Origin: Bdellovibrionia bacterium
GTDB lineage: Bacteria; Bdellovibrionota; UBA1018
DNA length: 64,000 bases
Direction of reading: 5' to 3'
NCBI GenBank assembly: GCA_045805065.1
Contig: JBJMMA010000060.1
Coordinates: 1 to 64,000, forward strand
Part shown: positions 19,921-28,242 of the stretch, one piece after another
Numbering within the stretch: the first letter of the stretch is position 1
Layout of the letters: each line of letters begins with the position of its first letter
Notes under the pieces: model-generated
Databases searched by the model: none
Seen by the model: the letters and a program-made list of their open reading frames with translations, nothing else
What the model was told of the DNA's origin: nothing
Translations under genes and position numbers: made by a program

Positions 19921-21015
19921 ATGTTAAGAAAACGCAGCTGGCTTCCTCTTGCGACTTCACTTTTCTTGAGTGTGGGATGCGCAGGGGGCGCATTCACCAA
20001 GATTGAAAAGAACACCGAACTTCCCAAAGAGCTTTCCTCGGATGTGAAGGAAAAGTTCGAAGTGCGTGATCTCAACCAATTGAAGAGCCAAGGTCCAAGC
20101 GTCGCATCGGCGAAAACTCTCTCTTCGTCCGCGCCAGATGCTCACGCGACCGTAGTTGCGCAAGTCACGGATGCAAAGGCCCCCGAAAAGGTTTCAGCCA
20201 AGCCAGCAGAGAAGATTTCCAAAAAGAAGAGAAAAGAAAAGCTGGCTGCAGCAACACCGGCCCCTGCGTCCGTTGCTCCTTTTGTTTTTCCATCCAGAAG
20301 ACCGGCAAAGGATCCGATCTGGGTAGGTGAGAAGCTCACCTACGAAGTAACCTATCTGGGAATTCCCGCCGGCACATTCACGCTTGAAGCTCTTCCTTAT
20401 AAAGCCGTGGGTGATAGGAAAGTTTATCACATCATGGCCAAGGCCTGGAATTCGGCTGTATTTGGTCTGATGTACAAGCTCGATGACTATATTGAGACGT
20501 ACATCGATTTTGATGGTTTCTTCTCGCATCGGTTCCATCTTCATCAGGACGAGACCAAGCAGGTTCGCGATTCACTTGAGCTCTATGATTCAGAGAAAAA
20601 GCAGAGCTATTGGTGGAACCGCTGGGATCGCAAAGAACGGGGCTATTCAGAAAACAAAGACTTCTATCCGATGGATTCATTTCCGCAGGACACGCTCTCC
20701 TCGCTTTACTACTTGAGAACAGTGGCGTTGCCTCCGGGCGGAACGGTGAGCTTTCCGGTGATGTCCGAAGGCAAGCCGCTCACGGCCTACGTCACGGTGG
20801 TTGGACGCGAAGAGGTGGATACCGCGGCAGGCGTGCTGAGAACCGTGAAGGTCAAACCGGAAGCAGCGACGCGCGGCGTCCTTGAGCGTAAAGGCGATAG
20901 CTATATGTGGCTCACGGACGACGACAGGCGTTTCCTGGTCAAGATTGAAGCAAAAGTCAAAATCGGCTACGTTGTGGCTGAACTCAAAAAAATCGAACCT
21001 GGTACGGCTCCATAA
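19921..21015 (+). CDS. DUF3108-family lipoprotein
   Basis: Real start ATG 19921 after TCGACA-N17-TAATCT; lipobox SVGC; GEKLTY...LGI.AG, D.LS.LY..R and WLTDD..R..VK motifs. Confidence 0.8.
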   Translation: MLRKRSWLPLATSLFLSVGCAGGAFTKIEKNTELPKELSSDVKEKFEVRDLNQLKSQGPSVASAKTLSSSAPDAHATVVAQVTDAKAPEKVSAKPAEKISKKKRKEKLAAATPAPASVAPFVFPSRRPAKDPIWVGEKLTYEVTYLGIPAGTFTLEALPYKAVGDRKVYHIMAKAWNSAVFGLMYKLDDYIETYIDFDGFFSHRFHLHQDETKQVRDSLELYDSEKKQSYWWNRWDRKERGYSENKDFYPMDSFPQDTLSSLYYLRTVALPPGGTVSFPVMSEGKPLTAYVTVVGREEVDTAAGVLRTVKVKPEAATRGVLERKGDSYMWLTDDDRRFLVKIEAKVKIGYVVAELKKIEPGTAP

Positions 21016-21031
21016 GTCCTAAACCCATAAG

Positions 21032-22108
21032 ATGAAAAACATCCTCGTCCGCTCCCCGAACTGGATCGGCGACCAAATACTCGCATATCCCTTCTTTCAT
21101 TACTTGAGGAACGCTTATCCTCGGGCAAGGATCGGCGTGACGTGCGTGCCATGGGTGCAGTCTCTTCAGTTTCGAAATCTGGTGGATGAGGTGATTCCTC
21201 TCGAAAAGCCAGAGGACCCTGGGCTCATGGGCAGGTTCAAGAATCTTGAAGAATCTGCAAAAGCCATTCGCGAGCGCGGCCCATGGGATATGGGAATCAT
21301 CCTTCCCAATTCGTTTTCAGCGGCATGGATGTTTTTTCGCGCGGGAGTCAGTCATCGTCGCGGCTACAATACCGATAGCAGAAAACTTCTTTTAAACGAT
21401 GCAGTCCATTGGCCAACGCAATCCATTGAGCATCGGGCGCAAGCTTATGTGAATCTTTTGCCTGATGAAGTGAGGCCAAAGCGCCCGGTTTCCGAGTTCT
21501 GGGGAATCCCTGCGGAAAATGAACTCGATGATGACATTCCTGGCGAGGTTGAGTTCTTTGACGCGAAAAAGGCTTGGCCTGATGCCGAAGTCCTGGAGCC
21601 ACCCAAAGGCGATTACTGGGTCCTTGCTCCTGGGTCGCAAGCTGAGTCTCGTCGCTGGCCAATTGAGAAGTTCGCGGACCTTGCTCGCGAGATCGCACAG
21701 ACCAAGGGATGGACGGGAGTAGTGGTTGGAGGCCTGGCGGAGTCCAGGCTTGCCGAGACTCTGTGCGAGGATCCGGAACTGAAGCTCATCGACATGACCG
21801 CGCAGGGACCGGTTCCGTCGCTTTGGAAAATTTTCTCCGGCGCCAAATTCTCGGTCTGCAACGATAGCGGTCTTGCTCATGTTGCAGCCCTTTGCGGCTC
21901 ACCTGTGGAGATCGTCTGGGGCGCAGGCGATCCCAAGCGCACGCGTCCGATCGGTCGCAAGAAAGTTCAGATGATTTTCCAGCCAACTGAATGTTGGCCA
22001 TGCGAACGCAACACATGTCGCCTTCCTGCTGGAAGACAGCTTGAATGCCTGCGTGGAATTCAGCCTGAAGCCGTATGGAAGGAGATTCAAAGTGGAATCC
22101 GGCCCTAA
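21032..22108 (+). CDS. waaF: LPS heptosyltransferase II (GT9)
   Basis: RSPNWIGD, LPNSFSAA, APG....RRWP, NDSGLAHVAA. Confidence 0.88.
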   Translation: MKNILVRSPNWIGDQILAYPFFHYLRNAYPRARIGVTCVPWVQSLQFRNLVDEVIPLEKPEDPGLMGRFKNLEESAKAIRERGPWDMGIILPNSFSAAWMFFRAGVSHRRGYNTDSRKLLLNDAVHWPTQSIEHRAQAYVNLLPDEVRPKRPVSEFWGIPAENELDDDIPGEVEFFDAKKAWPDAEVLEPPKGDYWVLAPGSQAESRRWPIEKFADLAREIAQTKGWTGVVVGGLAESRLAETLCEDPELKLIDMTAQGPVPSLWKIFSGAKFSVCNDSGLAHVAALCGSPVEIVWGAGDPKRTRPIGRKKVQMIFQPTECWPCERNTCRLPAGRQLECLRGIQPEAVWKEIQSGIRP

Positions 22109-23339
22109 GGCTTTGACCGAGCTTTCAGCGCTTGTTGATTCGTTGGAAAACAGGCTCAACCTTACGGTGTTCTGTCTGTCACAATCCTGGGGAGGCCTGG
22201 AGCAGGTTGCAGCAAATGATGCTCTGGATGTGGGCTCATTAGGATTAAAGGCGCAGGTCGTGTGCCTGGAAAATTCTCCCATTCATCGTTTTCTCGCTAC
22301 CCATAAAGAAGTGAAGGTATTGCCCATTTCTTTCAGGCCAAGAAATTATTTCGATCTTGGAATGCGCTCGGAGATGAGGCGCATCGTCAGTGAAGGCTCC
22401 AATCTTCTGCATACGCATCAGACGTCGATCCTGGGCTCGATCGTTCCCTGGATTTGGTCCGAGCCATCCGTTGCGATGATCGCAAGCCGGCACATCATGA
22501 ATAACCATCGCAAGAAAAGCTTTCTTCACCGCGCGATTTACAGGCGTGTGGACGCTCTTTTGGTGATGAGCGAGACCTTGCGCCGCAATATCATCGAAAC
22601 GCACGCGATCGCAGAACGGAAAGTGAAAGTCGTTTCTCTTGGACTGGATTTTGATCGCTTTGACCCTGAACGCGTGGATCGTAATGGCCCACGTGCTCAA
22701 TGGGGTGCTGATGCTGACACGACTGTGATCGGACTCGTAGGTCGAATTGATCCTGCCAAGGGACAGGCAACTTTCATCAAAGCTGCTGCAGGTCTTTTGA
22801 AAGGCTCGGACACACAGCAGAAGCTCAAGTTTGTGATCGTAGGGGATGAGACGCGCGGGTCGAACCTCAATTATTTGAAAGATCTGAAGCAGATGGTGGC
22901 TCAGTTCCGCCTGGAAGATCATGTCGTCTTTACTGGTTTTCAAGAGAACATCCCCGAGATCATGAGTGCGCTCGATGTTTTTGTCATGCCTTCGCGACAA
23001 GAGGCTTTTGGTCTGGTTGCAATCGAGGCCATGGCCATGAGTTGCCCAGTGGTCATTTCTCAAGGCGGCAGCGCAGAGGAGATCGTCGGCACCGGGGGAG
23101 CTTTGATGCGTGCTGCAGACCAGAGTGGTGCAACTTCGGATCGATTGGGTCTCATCATGAGGCCTGATGATGCATTCGATCTTCAGCAAAAGCTCAAGTA
23201 CCTGCTCGATCATCCAACAGAGCGAGTGGAAATGGGCAAACGTGCGCGCGCGCACGTGCTGGGACGCTATGATCGAAAGCTAAGACTCAGGCGGACTCTT
23301 GAGATCTATGAGCGTGCGCTACGTCGGCGACGCAACTGA
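22092..23339 (+). CDS. Glycosyltransferase family 4
   Basis: WGGLE, VGRIDPAKG, PS.QEAFGLVAIEAMA; start uncertain (GTG 22092 after GGAGA). Confidence 0.88.
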   Translation: MESGPKALTELSALVDSLENRLNLTVFCLSQSWGGLEQVAANDALDVGSLGLKAQVVCLENSPIHRFLATHKEVKVLPISFRPRNYFDLGMRSEMRRIVSEGSNLLHTHQTSILGSIVPWIWSEPSVAMIASRHIMNNHRKKSFLHRAIYRRVDALLVMSETLRRNIIETHAIAERKVKVVSLGLDFDRFDPERVDRNGPRAQWGADADTTVIGLVGRIDPAKGQATFIKAAAGLLKGSDTQQKLKFVIVGDETRGSNLNYLKDLKQMVAQFRLEDHVVFTGFQENIPEIMSALDVFVMPSRQEAFGLVAIEAMAMSCPVVISQGGSAEEIVGTGGALMRAADQSGATSDRLGLIMRPDDAFDLQQKLKYLLDHPTERVEMGKRARAHVLGRYDRKLRLRRTLEIYERALRRRRN

Positions 23340-23365
23340 GCATATCCGGTTCAGGCTGGTCCGGC

Positions 23366-23893
23366 TCAGGCTGGACGCTTTCTCCAGACTTCGCGGAGCG
23401 TCGTCACGGATTTCCCAAGGACGCGCACAGCCTCTTGAGTGTCACCGCGGAGGCGCTGGATCTGTTCTAGAGGTGCTCGAACAGCCCAAGTGAGCTGGTC
23501 GGCATTCATTTGAACTCGGGAATTGATCTGGCTTGCGACCCTCAAGACCGGAGATGAAGTGGTCTGGCCATACTCATGATCGAGGTAAGCAATGATGGCG
23601 TTTGCTCCATAAAGCTTTGTTCCCGTCAGGTGATCGACCAGGAATGGAACTTCGACCCTACCGCCAGCTTGAGCAAGCTGTTCATTCTTTAAGGCGTCTC
23701 CCATGCGAACATTCCTTAAAAGGTAGTCCAGGCCCAGCTGGGATAGGCGATTCCGGACGGCATGAGAACCTGGGTCGCTCTCACGCTGATAGAGTTCCAG
23801 CTGTGTTTCCGAGCCCGGGTGAGTCTTTCTAGCGGAAGCTCTTTTCTTTGTTTTTTCAGTGGTTTGAGATTTTTTAAAGTTGGATTCAGCCAT
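23366..23893 (-). CDS. GST N-terminal/glutaredoxin-like domain protein
   Basis: LELYQ.E..P.S..VR..L..LGL, GG..EVPFLVD..TG..LY....II.YL; canonical Cys replaced; AGGGG RBS before ATG 23893. Confidence 0.75.
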   Translation of the reverse strand: MAESNFKKSQTTEKTKKRASARKTHPGSETQLELYQRESDPGSHAVRNRLSQLGLDYLLRNVRMGDALKNEQLAQAGGRVEVPFLVDHLTGTKLYGANAIIAYLDHEYGQTTSSPVLRVASQINSRVQMNADQLTWAVRAPLEQIQRLRGDTQEAVRVLGKSVTTLREVWRKRPA

Positions 23894-23985
23894 GATATTC
23901 CCCTGTTCGTAGATCGAAACCTGTCCGGTGGGCTCGACGGCTCGCACAGCGTGCAATAGCAATGCCGGACGCTCCGGTTTTCACT

Positions 23986-24015
23986 TTGACAAACAGGGGG
24001 TTGAATCACTATAAG
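23986..24015 (+). promoter_or_regulatory. sigma70-like promoter of rpsA
   Basis: TTGACA-N18-TATAAG about 100 nt upstream of the start codon. Confidence 0.65.
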
Positions 24016-24113
24016 TAGGGGACTTCGAGGGTTCCACGGTGAGTTCCCGTCTGCGCTGCCTTGCGGCGCTGGGTACCGCTTGGATCTCTCTTAAAGAAAG
24101 GCCTATTTATCCA

Positions 24114-25928
24114 ATGGTAGTTAAACAAGCAACTGGAGCCGAGAGCTCCAAAAAATCCGCTCCAAAGAATCAGAACTGGATGGACGAGTTCCTGAAAGAT
24201 TCTGACGCAGGTGCGGAAGATACGTCCTCCAACCACCTCAGCGGCGAAGAAAACTTCGCTGAACTCTTCGAAGCGTCCCAACGCGAGCAAGAGATCAAGG
24301 AAGGCGAAGTTGTGGACGGAACCGTCGTGGCACTCAGCCCTGAGTACGCAACGGTCGACATCGGCTACAAGTGCGAAGGACTTGTTCCTCTCCAAGAATT
24401 CAAGGACGCTCAAGGCGTTGCTCACGTTGCAGTGGGCGATGTTGTCAGCGTTTACCTCGAGCGCATGGAACTCGAAAACGGCTTCATGCTCCTTTCGAAG
24501 GACAAGGCTGAAATCATCCGCGCTTGGGACGAAATCTCTCAGGCTTGTGAAAAGGATCAATTGGTTGAAGGTACCGTCATCGCTAAGGTGAAGGGCGGCC
24601 TCTCCGTCGACATCGGCGTCAAGGCATTCTTGCCAGGCAGCCAGATCGACACCAAGCCAGTCAAGAACCTCGATAAGTTCTTGGGCAAGAAACTCAAGTT
24701 CAAGATCATCAAGTTCAACAAGAAGCGCGGCAACATCGTTCTCTCCCGCCGTGCAGTCGTTGCTCAAGAGCGCGAACTGCAACGTGCTGAAACGCTCGCA
24801 AACCTCCAAGAAGGCACGATCGTTTCCGGCACCGTCAAGAACATCACCGAATACGGTGCGTTCATCGATCTCGGCGGCATGGACGGCTTGCTCCATATCA
24901 CCGATATGAGCTGGGGCCGCATCAAGCACCCAAGCGAACTCTTCGCTGTTGGCGACGAGATCAAGGTGAAGATCCTCAAGTACGATCGCGAGAAGGAACG
25001 TGTTTCTCTCGGCCTCAAACAAGTTTCTCCGAACCCATGGGACGATGTTGAATACAAGTTCCCAGTCGGCGTCACTGTTAAGGGCAAGGTTGTCAGCCTC
25101 AAGGACTACGGCGCATTCGTTGAACTCGAAGACGGCGTTGAAGGCCTCATTCACGTCAGCGAAATGTCCTGGACGGAGCGCGTGAAGCATCCATCCAAGC
25201 TCATCAACGTCGGCGACGAAGTTGAGTGCAAGGTTCTCGAAGTTGATCCAAAGAACAAGCGCATCAGCCTCGGCCTCAAGCAGCTCCAACAAAATCCTTG
25301 GGACGAGCTTGAAGTGAAGTTCCCAGTCGGAACGATCGTTGAAGGCGAAGTGAAGTCTGTCACCGACTTCGGCGTGTTCATCGACATCGGCATGGGCATC
25401 GATGGCCTCATCCACATCAGCGATGTGGCATGGACCAAGAAGTTTGCTCATCCTTCTGAGAAGTACAAGAAGGGCGACAAGGTCCGTGCAGTGGTTCTCG
25501 GCATCGACAAGGCGAACGAAAAGTTCTCCCTCGGCGTCAAGCAACTCGAGCGCGATCCATGGGAATCCATCAAGTCCCGTTATCGCCAAGGCCAAGCTAT
25601 CGAAGGCGCTGTGACCAAGCTCACCGACTTCGGTGCATTCGTTGAGATCGAAGAAGGCGTTGAAGGCCTCATTTACGTCAGCGAAATCGCTGATCACCGT
25701 ATTGAGAAGCCAGCCGACATCCTCAAAGTGGGCGACAAGGTCCGCGCTGAGATTCTTTCGATCGAACCGAAGGAACGCCGCATCGGCTTGTCCATCAAGC
25801 AACTTGGTCGTTCTGAAGAGCGCGCTAACTACGAAAAGTATGCTGGCGACGCTAACAAGAAGAACACCATGGGCGATCTCTTCGGCGACAAGCTGAAGGC
25901 AGCTCTTAAGCCAGGCAAGGACGAGTAA
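24114..25928 (+). CDS. rpsA: 30S ribosomal protein S1
   Basis: Six S1 repeats (VDIGYK.EG, AFLPGSQID, YGAFIDLGG.DGLLHITDMSW, RISLGLKQ); strong codon bias. Confidence 0.98.
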   Translation: MVVKQATGAESSKKSAPKNQNWMDEFLKDSDAGAEDTSSNHLSGEENFAELFEASQREQEIKEGEVVDGTVVALSPEYATVDIGYKCEGLVPLQEFKDAQGVAHVAVGDVVSVYLERMELENGFMLLSKDKAEIIRAWDEISQACEKDQLVEGTVIAKVKGGLSVDIGVKAFLPGSQIDTKPVKNLDKFLGKKLKFKIIKFNKKRGNIVLSRRAVVAQERELQRAETLANLQEGTIVSGTVKNITEYGAFIDLGGMDGLLHITDMSWGRIKHPSELFAVGDEIKVKILKYDREKERVSLGLKQVSPNPWDDVEYKFPVGVTVKGKVVSLKDYGAFVELEDGVEGLIHVSEMSWTERVKHPSKLINVGDEVECKVLEVDPKNKRISLGLKQLQQNPWDELEVKFPVGTIVEGEVKSVTDFGVFIDIGMGIDGLIHISDVAWTKKFAHPSEKYKKGDKVRAVVLGIDKANEKFSLGVKQLERDPWESIKSRYRQGQAIEGAVTKLTDFGAFVEIEEGVEGLIYVSEIADHRIEKPADILKVGDKVRAEILSIEPKERRIGLSIKQLGRSEERANYEKYAGDANKKNTMGDLFGDKLKAALKPGKDE

Positions 25929-25987
25929 TCGTCTTAAAATCTAAGGACGAGTAATCGTCCTGCGATACTAAGACGAGTAATCGTTCT
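25917..25987 (+). repeat. Three direct repeats of (A)AGGACGAGTAATCGT starting across the rpsA stop; each can form a GACGA-GTAA-TCGTY hairpin
   Basis: Read directly from the sequence. Confidence 0.85.
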
Positions 25988-26008
25988 TAGTTAGTCTGGA
26001 AAAACATC

Positions 26009-26049
26009 AACGCCTCACCAGGGAAACCCGGTGGGGCGTTTGTGTTTTT
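26009..26049 (+). terminator. rpsA intrinsic terminator
   Basis: AACGCCTCACC-AGGGAAACCC-GGTGGGGCGTT followed by TGTGTTTTT. Confidence 0.8.
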
Positions 26050-26094
26050 CTGGGTTGAGTCACGGCTTTGACGCAATTGCTGGAGTCAAAGCCA

Positions 26095-26122
26095 TCAAGT
26101 TAAAAACTTAAATATCCGAAAT
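26095..26122 (+). promoter_or_regulatory. sigma28-like promoter
   Basis: TCAAG-N15-TCCGAAAT, 8 nt before ATG 26131. Confidence 0.6.
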
Positions 26123-26130
26123 AGAATGAG

Positions 26131-27246
26131 ATGAGTCCATGGACAAAAACCATCTATTTTCTGTCTATTCTCTTAGCGCTCTCAAACTCAGTTTGGGCGG
26201 CTACTAAAGATGCTTACGTGACTATAGGCGTTGCCAGAACCGCAACTTCTGACGATATCAAAAAGGCTTATCGCAAGCTCGCCATGAAGTATCATCCGGA
26301 CCGAAATCCGGGGAAAGACGCAGAAGAAAAGTTTAAAGAGATCAAACAAGCCTACGAGCTTCTCTCTGATTTCGATAAGCGCGAAGCATATGACAAGATG
26401 GGATCTGCTCCTGGTACGCTTTTCGACAATCCAAGGCAATTTCGGTTCACCTCATCCAGCTCGTCAAGTACAGCGGATCGACGCACTCAATCTCAAGCGA
26501 ATCCTTCTCAGTCCTCAACATCAAGTCGGGCCAATTCGTCGAGCTTTCAGCAACCTCGCGGTCCCTTTGACCAAACTAACTTCAATAAGGCGTATGCATT
26601 AGCAATAGCTCCGATGTCTGAAGGTGGAATGGGTATGGACGCTTCGAGTGCCAAATTATGGGCCACAGATGTTGCTCACCAGTGGCTTTCAGTCAAGGAT
26701 CTCGAGTTTTGGATTAAGAAGTACAAGGCCGCAGTTCGTGTTGCCTTGGATCCTGTATCAAAAGGCGGAATGGAGTATTCTCCAGAGTACGCAAAGACTT
26801 GGGCGCATGATTGTGCCAACAAATTTGGAACGTTGAAGGATTTCAATTTTGTGATCGAAAGATACAGATACGCGATTCGATTTGCCTTGAGGCCGGTTTC
26901 AGAAGGTGGCTTAGAAGTTGTTCAGGTAAGTGACGCTCGTCAATGGGCTATTGACACCGCTAACAGCATGGGAGCGTTGAAGGATCTCAAATTTTGGATC
27001 GAAAAATACGAGACCGCGATCAAATTCGCCTTGAAGCCCTCTGCAAAAGGCGGAATGGGGTTTTCTCCCATGGATGCAAAAAACTTTGCGATCAATAGCG
27101 CTAACAAATTTGGAACATTGAAGGATCTCAAGTTCTGGATAAAAGATCAAAAGCTTGCGCGTGCTCAGTTAAATAAGGGCAGTGGAAATTCCAATTCGAG
27201 ATGGGGTTGCATTTTCGATAAGTTAATGTCCGCTCTTATGGACTAA
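26131..27246 (+). CDS. Signal-peptide-bearing J-domain (DnaJ-like) protein with four ~47-aa repeats
   Basis: Sec signal (VWA|A); [32 protein letters not shown]; repeats P.S.GG...A..WA...KDL.FWI..Y. Confidence 0.85.
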   Translation: MSPWTKTIYFLSILLALSNSVWAATKDAYVTIGVARTATSDDIKKAYRKLAMKYHPDRNPGKDAEEKFKEIKQAYELLSDFDKREAYDKMGSAPGTLFDNPRQFRFTSSSSSSTADRRTQSQANPSQSSTSSRANSSSFQQPRGPFDQTNFNKAYALAIAPMSEGGMGMDASSAKLWATDVAHQWLSVKDLEFWIKKYKAAVRVALDPVSKGGMEYSPEYAKTWAHDCANKFGTLKDFNFVIERYRYAIRFALRPVSEGGLEVVQVSDARQWAIDTANSMGALKDLKFWIEKYETAIKFALKPSAKGGMGFSPMDAKNFAINSANKFGTLKDLKFWIKDQKLARAQLNKGSGNSNSRWGCIFDKLMSALMD

Positions 27247-27251
27247 ACTTG

Positions 27252-27542
27252 TCATGCAGCGTTTTTGAGTCCATCTTTGTACTGATCCGGAAGCTTATCT
27301 ACAACTTGTACGTTTTGAGCATTCTCAGGAAGTTCGATTAAATGATGCTCAACGTTTTCTTCTTCAGTGGATGCCGTAGCGACCTGGACGCCGTAAATAT
27401 GCTTTCCTGAAGCGTGATGAAATTCGCCCACTTTCCAGCGGATCATTCGGCCGTCTGTCTTGAGCTCTTTGGCTCCCCGGATTGTGGTCGCTTGTGTGGC
27501 TTTGTCGGTCGGTACTTGCGGAAGATCGTAAGTAATAAACAT
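27252..27542 (-). CDS. Hypothetical protein (96 aa)
   Basis: ORF fills the gap between convergent genes; no recognised motif. Confidence 0.6.
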   Translation of the reverse strand: MFITYDLPQVPTDKATQATTIRGAKELKTDGRMIRWKVGEFHHASGKHIYGVQVATASTEEENVEHHLIELPENAQNVQVVDKLPDQYKDGLKNAA

Positions 27543-27585
27543 GTGCCTATGTGTTGCAAAACCAGCGCTAGGTAGGCGAGCGACT

Positions 27586-28053
27586 TTAGGTCCAGTATTG
27601 ACTCATGAGTTCCGAAATCCATTTAGGCTGAAATACAGAGCCACGGGGAGCGAACTCTTTCACCCAAGGCTTGATGTCGAGAACTGGCGTTCCATCGATT
27701 GCATCGAGTCCCTCCAGCTGTACGGAAAGTCCCTCAACTTTTAAAATTCGACAAATGGTAGTTCCGATTTGATTGGGTCGATTCTTTCCGCGTTGAGCGA
27801 AGATGCCAACTTTTGGCCAATCAGGATTATTGCGTGGATGGCGGGCAGTTTTTTCGACTTTAGCAGGATCGACCTGATTCATGTGAAACAGAATTTCAAC
27901 ATGTGAGAAATCTGAAAGTCCCGCCAAAGACTCTGGAGTAAATTGAGACGCATCCAATTCGACAAAAGCCTTTTCTTTGTCCCAGTGGTCGTCTTCAGCT
28001 TTCTTGCGAGTTGAGTGAACCCAACCAATGATCTTCCAAGTGATGGTTCGCAT
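27586..28053 (-). CDS. TsaA/TrmO (UPF0066)-like SAM-binding protein
   Basis: IG.VHS, L.GL.DFSH, VGIFAQRG.NRPN.IG, GLDAIDGTPVLDIKPW. Confidence 0.88.
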   Translation of the reverse strand: MRTITWKIIGWVHSTRKKAEDDHWDKEKAFVELDASQFTPESLAGLSDFSHVEILFHMNQVDPAKVEKTARHPRNNPDWPKVGIFAQRGKNRPNQIGTTICRILKVEGLSVQLEGLDAIDGTPVLDIKPWVKEFAPRGSVFQPKWISELMSQYWT

Positions 28054-28163
28054 GGCTGCAATATAGACAGACCATCTGCACGAAATCCAGAAGCTTCAAA
28101 AAATGCGAACCTCGCTGTGCAGAGCTGATGGTTATAAATTTATATAGTTTATAATTCTTGTGT

Positions 28164-28221
28164 TCAAGTATCTTTCATGCGCGTTCGAATAATTAAAGCT
28201 TACATTCAATGTCGTCGAAGT
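28164..28221 (+). promoter_or_regulatory. Two tandem sigma28-like promoters
   Basis: TCAAG-N15-TTCGAATA (28164-28191) and TAAAG-N15-GTCGAAGT (28194-28221). Confidence 0.5.
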
Positions 28222-28242
28222 GAAGAATGGGGGAACGTCTGC

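Noticed and set aside
24009..25802. 597-aa antisense ORF opposite rpsA (also long antisense ORFs over lysS, ahpF, lpxA and the GT4 gene)
   Set aside because: Expected from codon bias of highly expressed genes; no recognisable domains.
25917..25987. Possible mini-CRISPR (three palindromic repeats)
   Set aside because: Repeats of ~15-18 bp with ~8-9-bp spacers are far too short, and there are no cas genes.
27555..27572. sigma54-like motif upstream of 27252..27542 (TAGCGCTGGTTTTGCA)
   Set aside because: The invariant -24 GG is AG; too weak to call.
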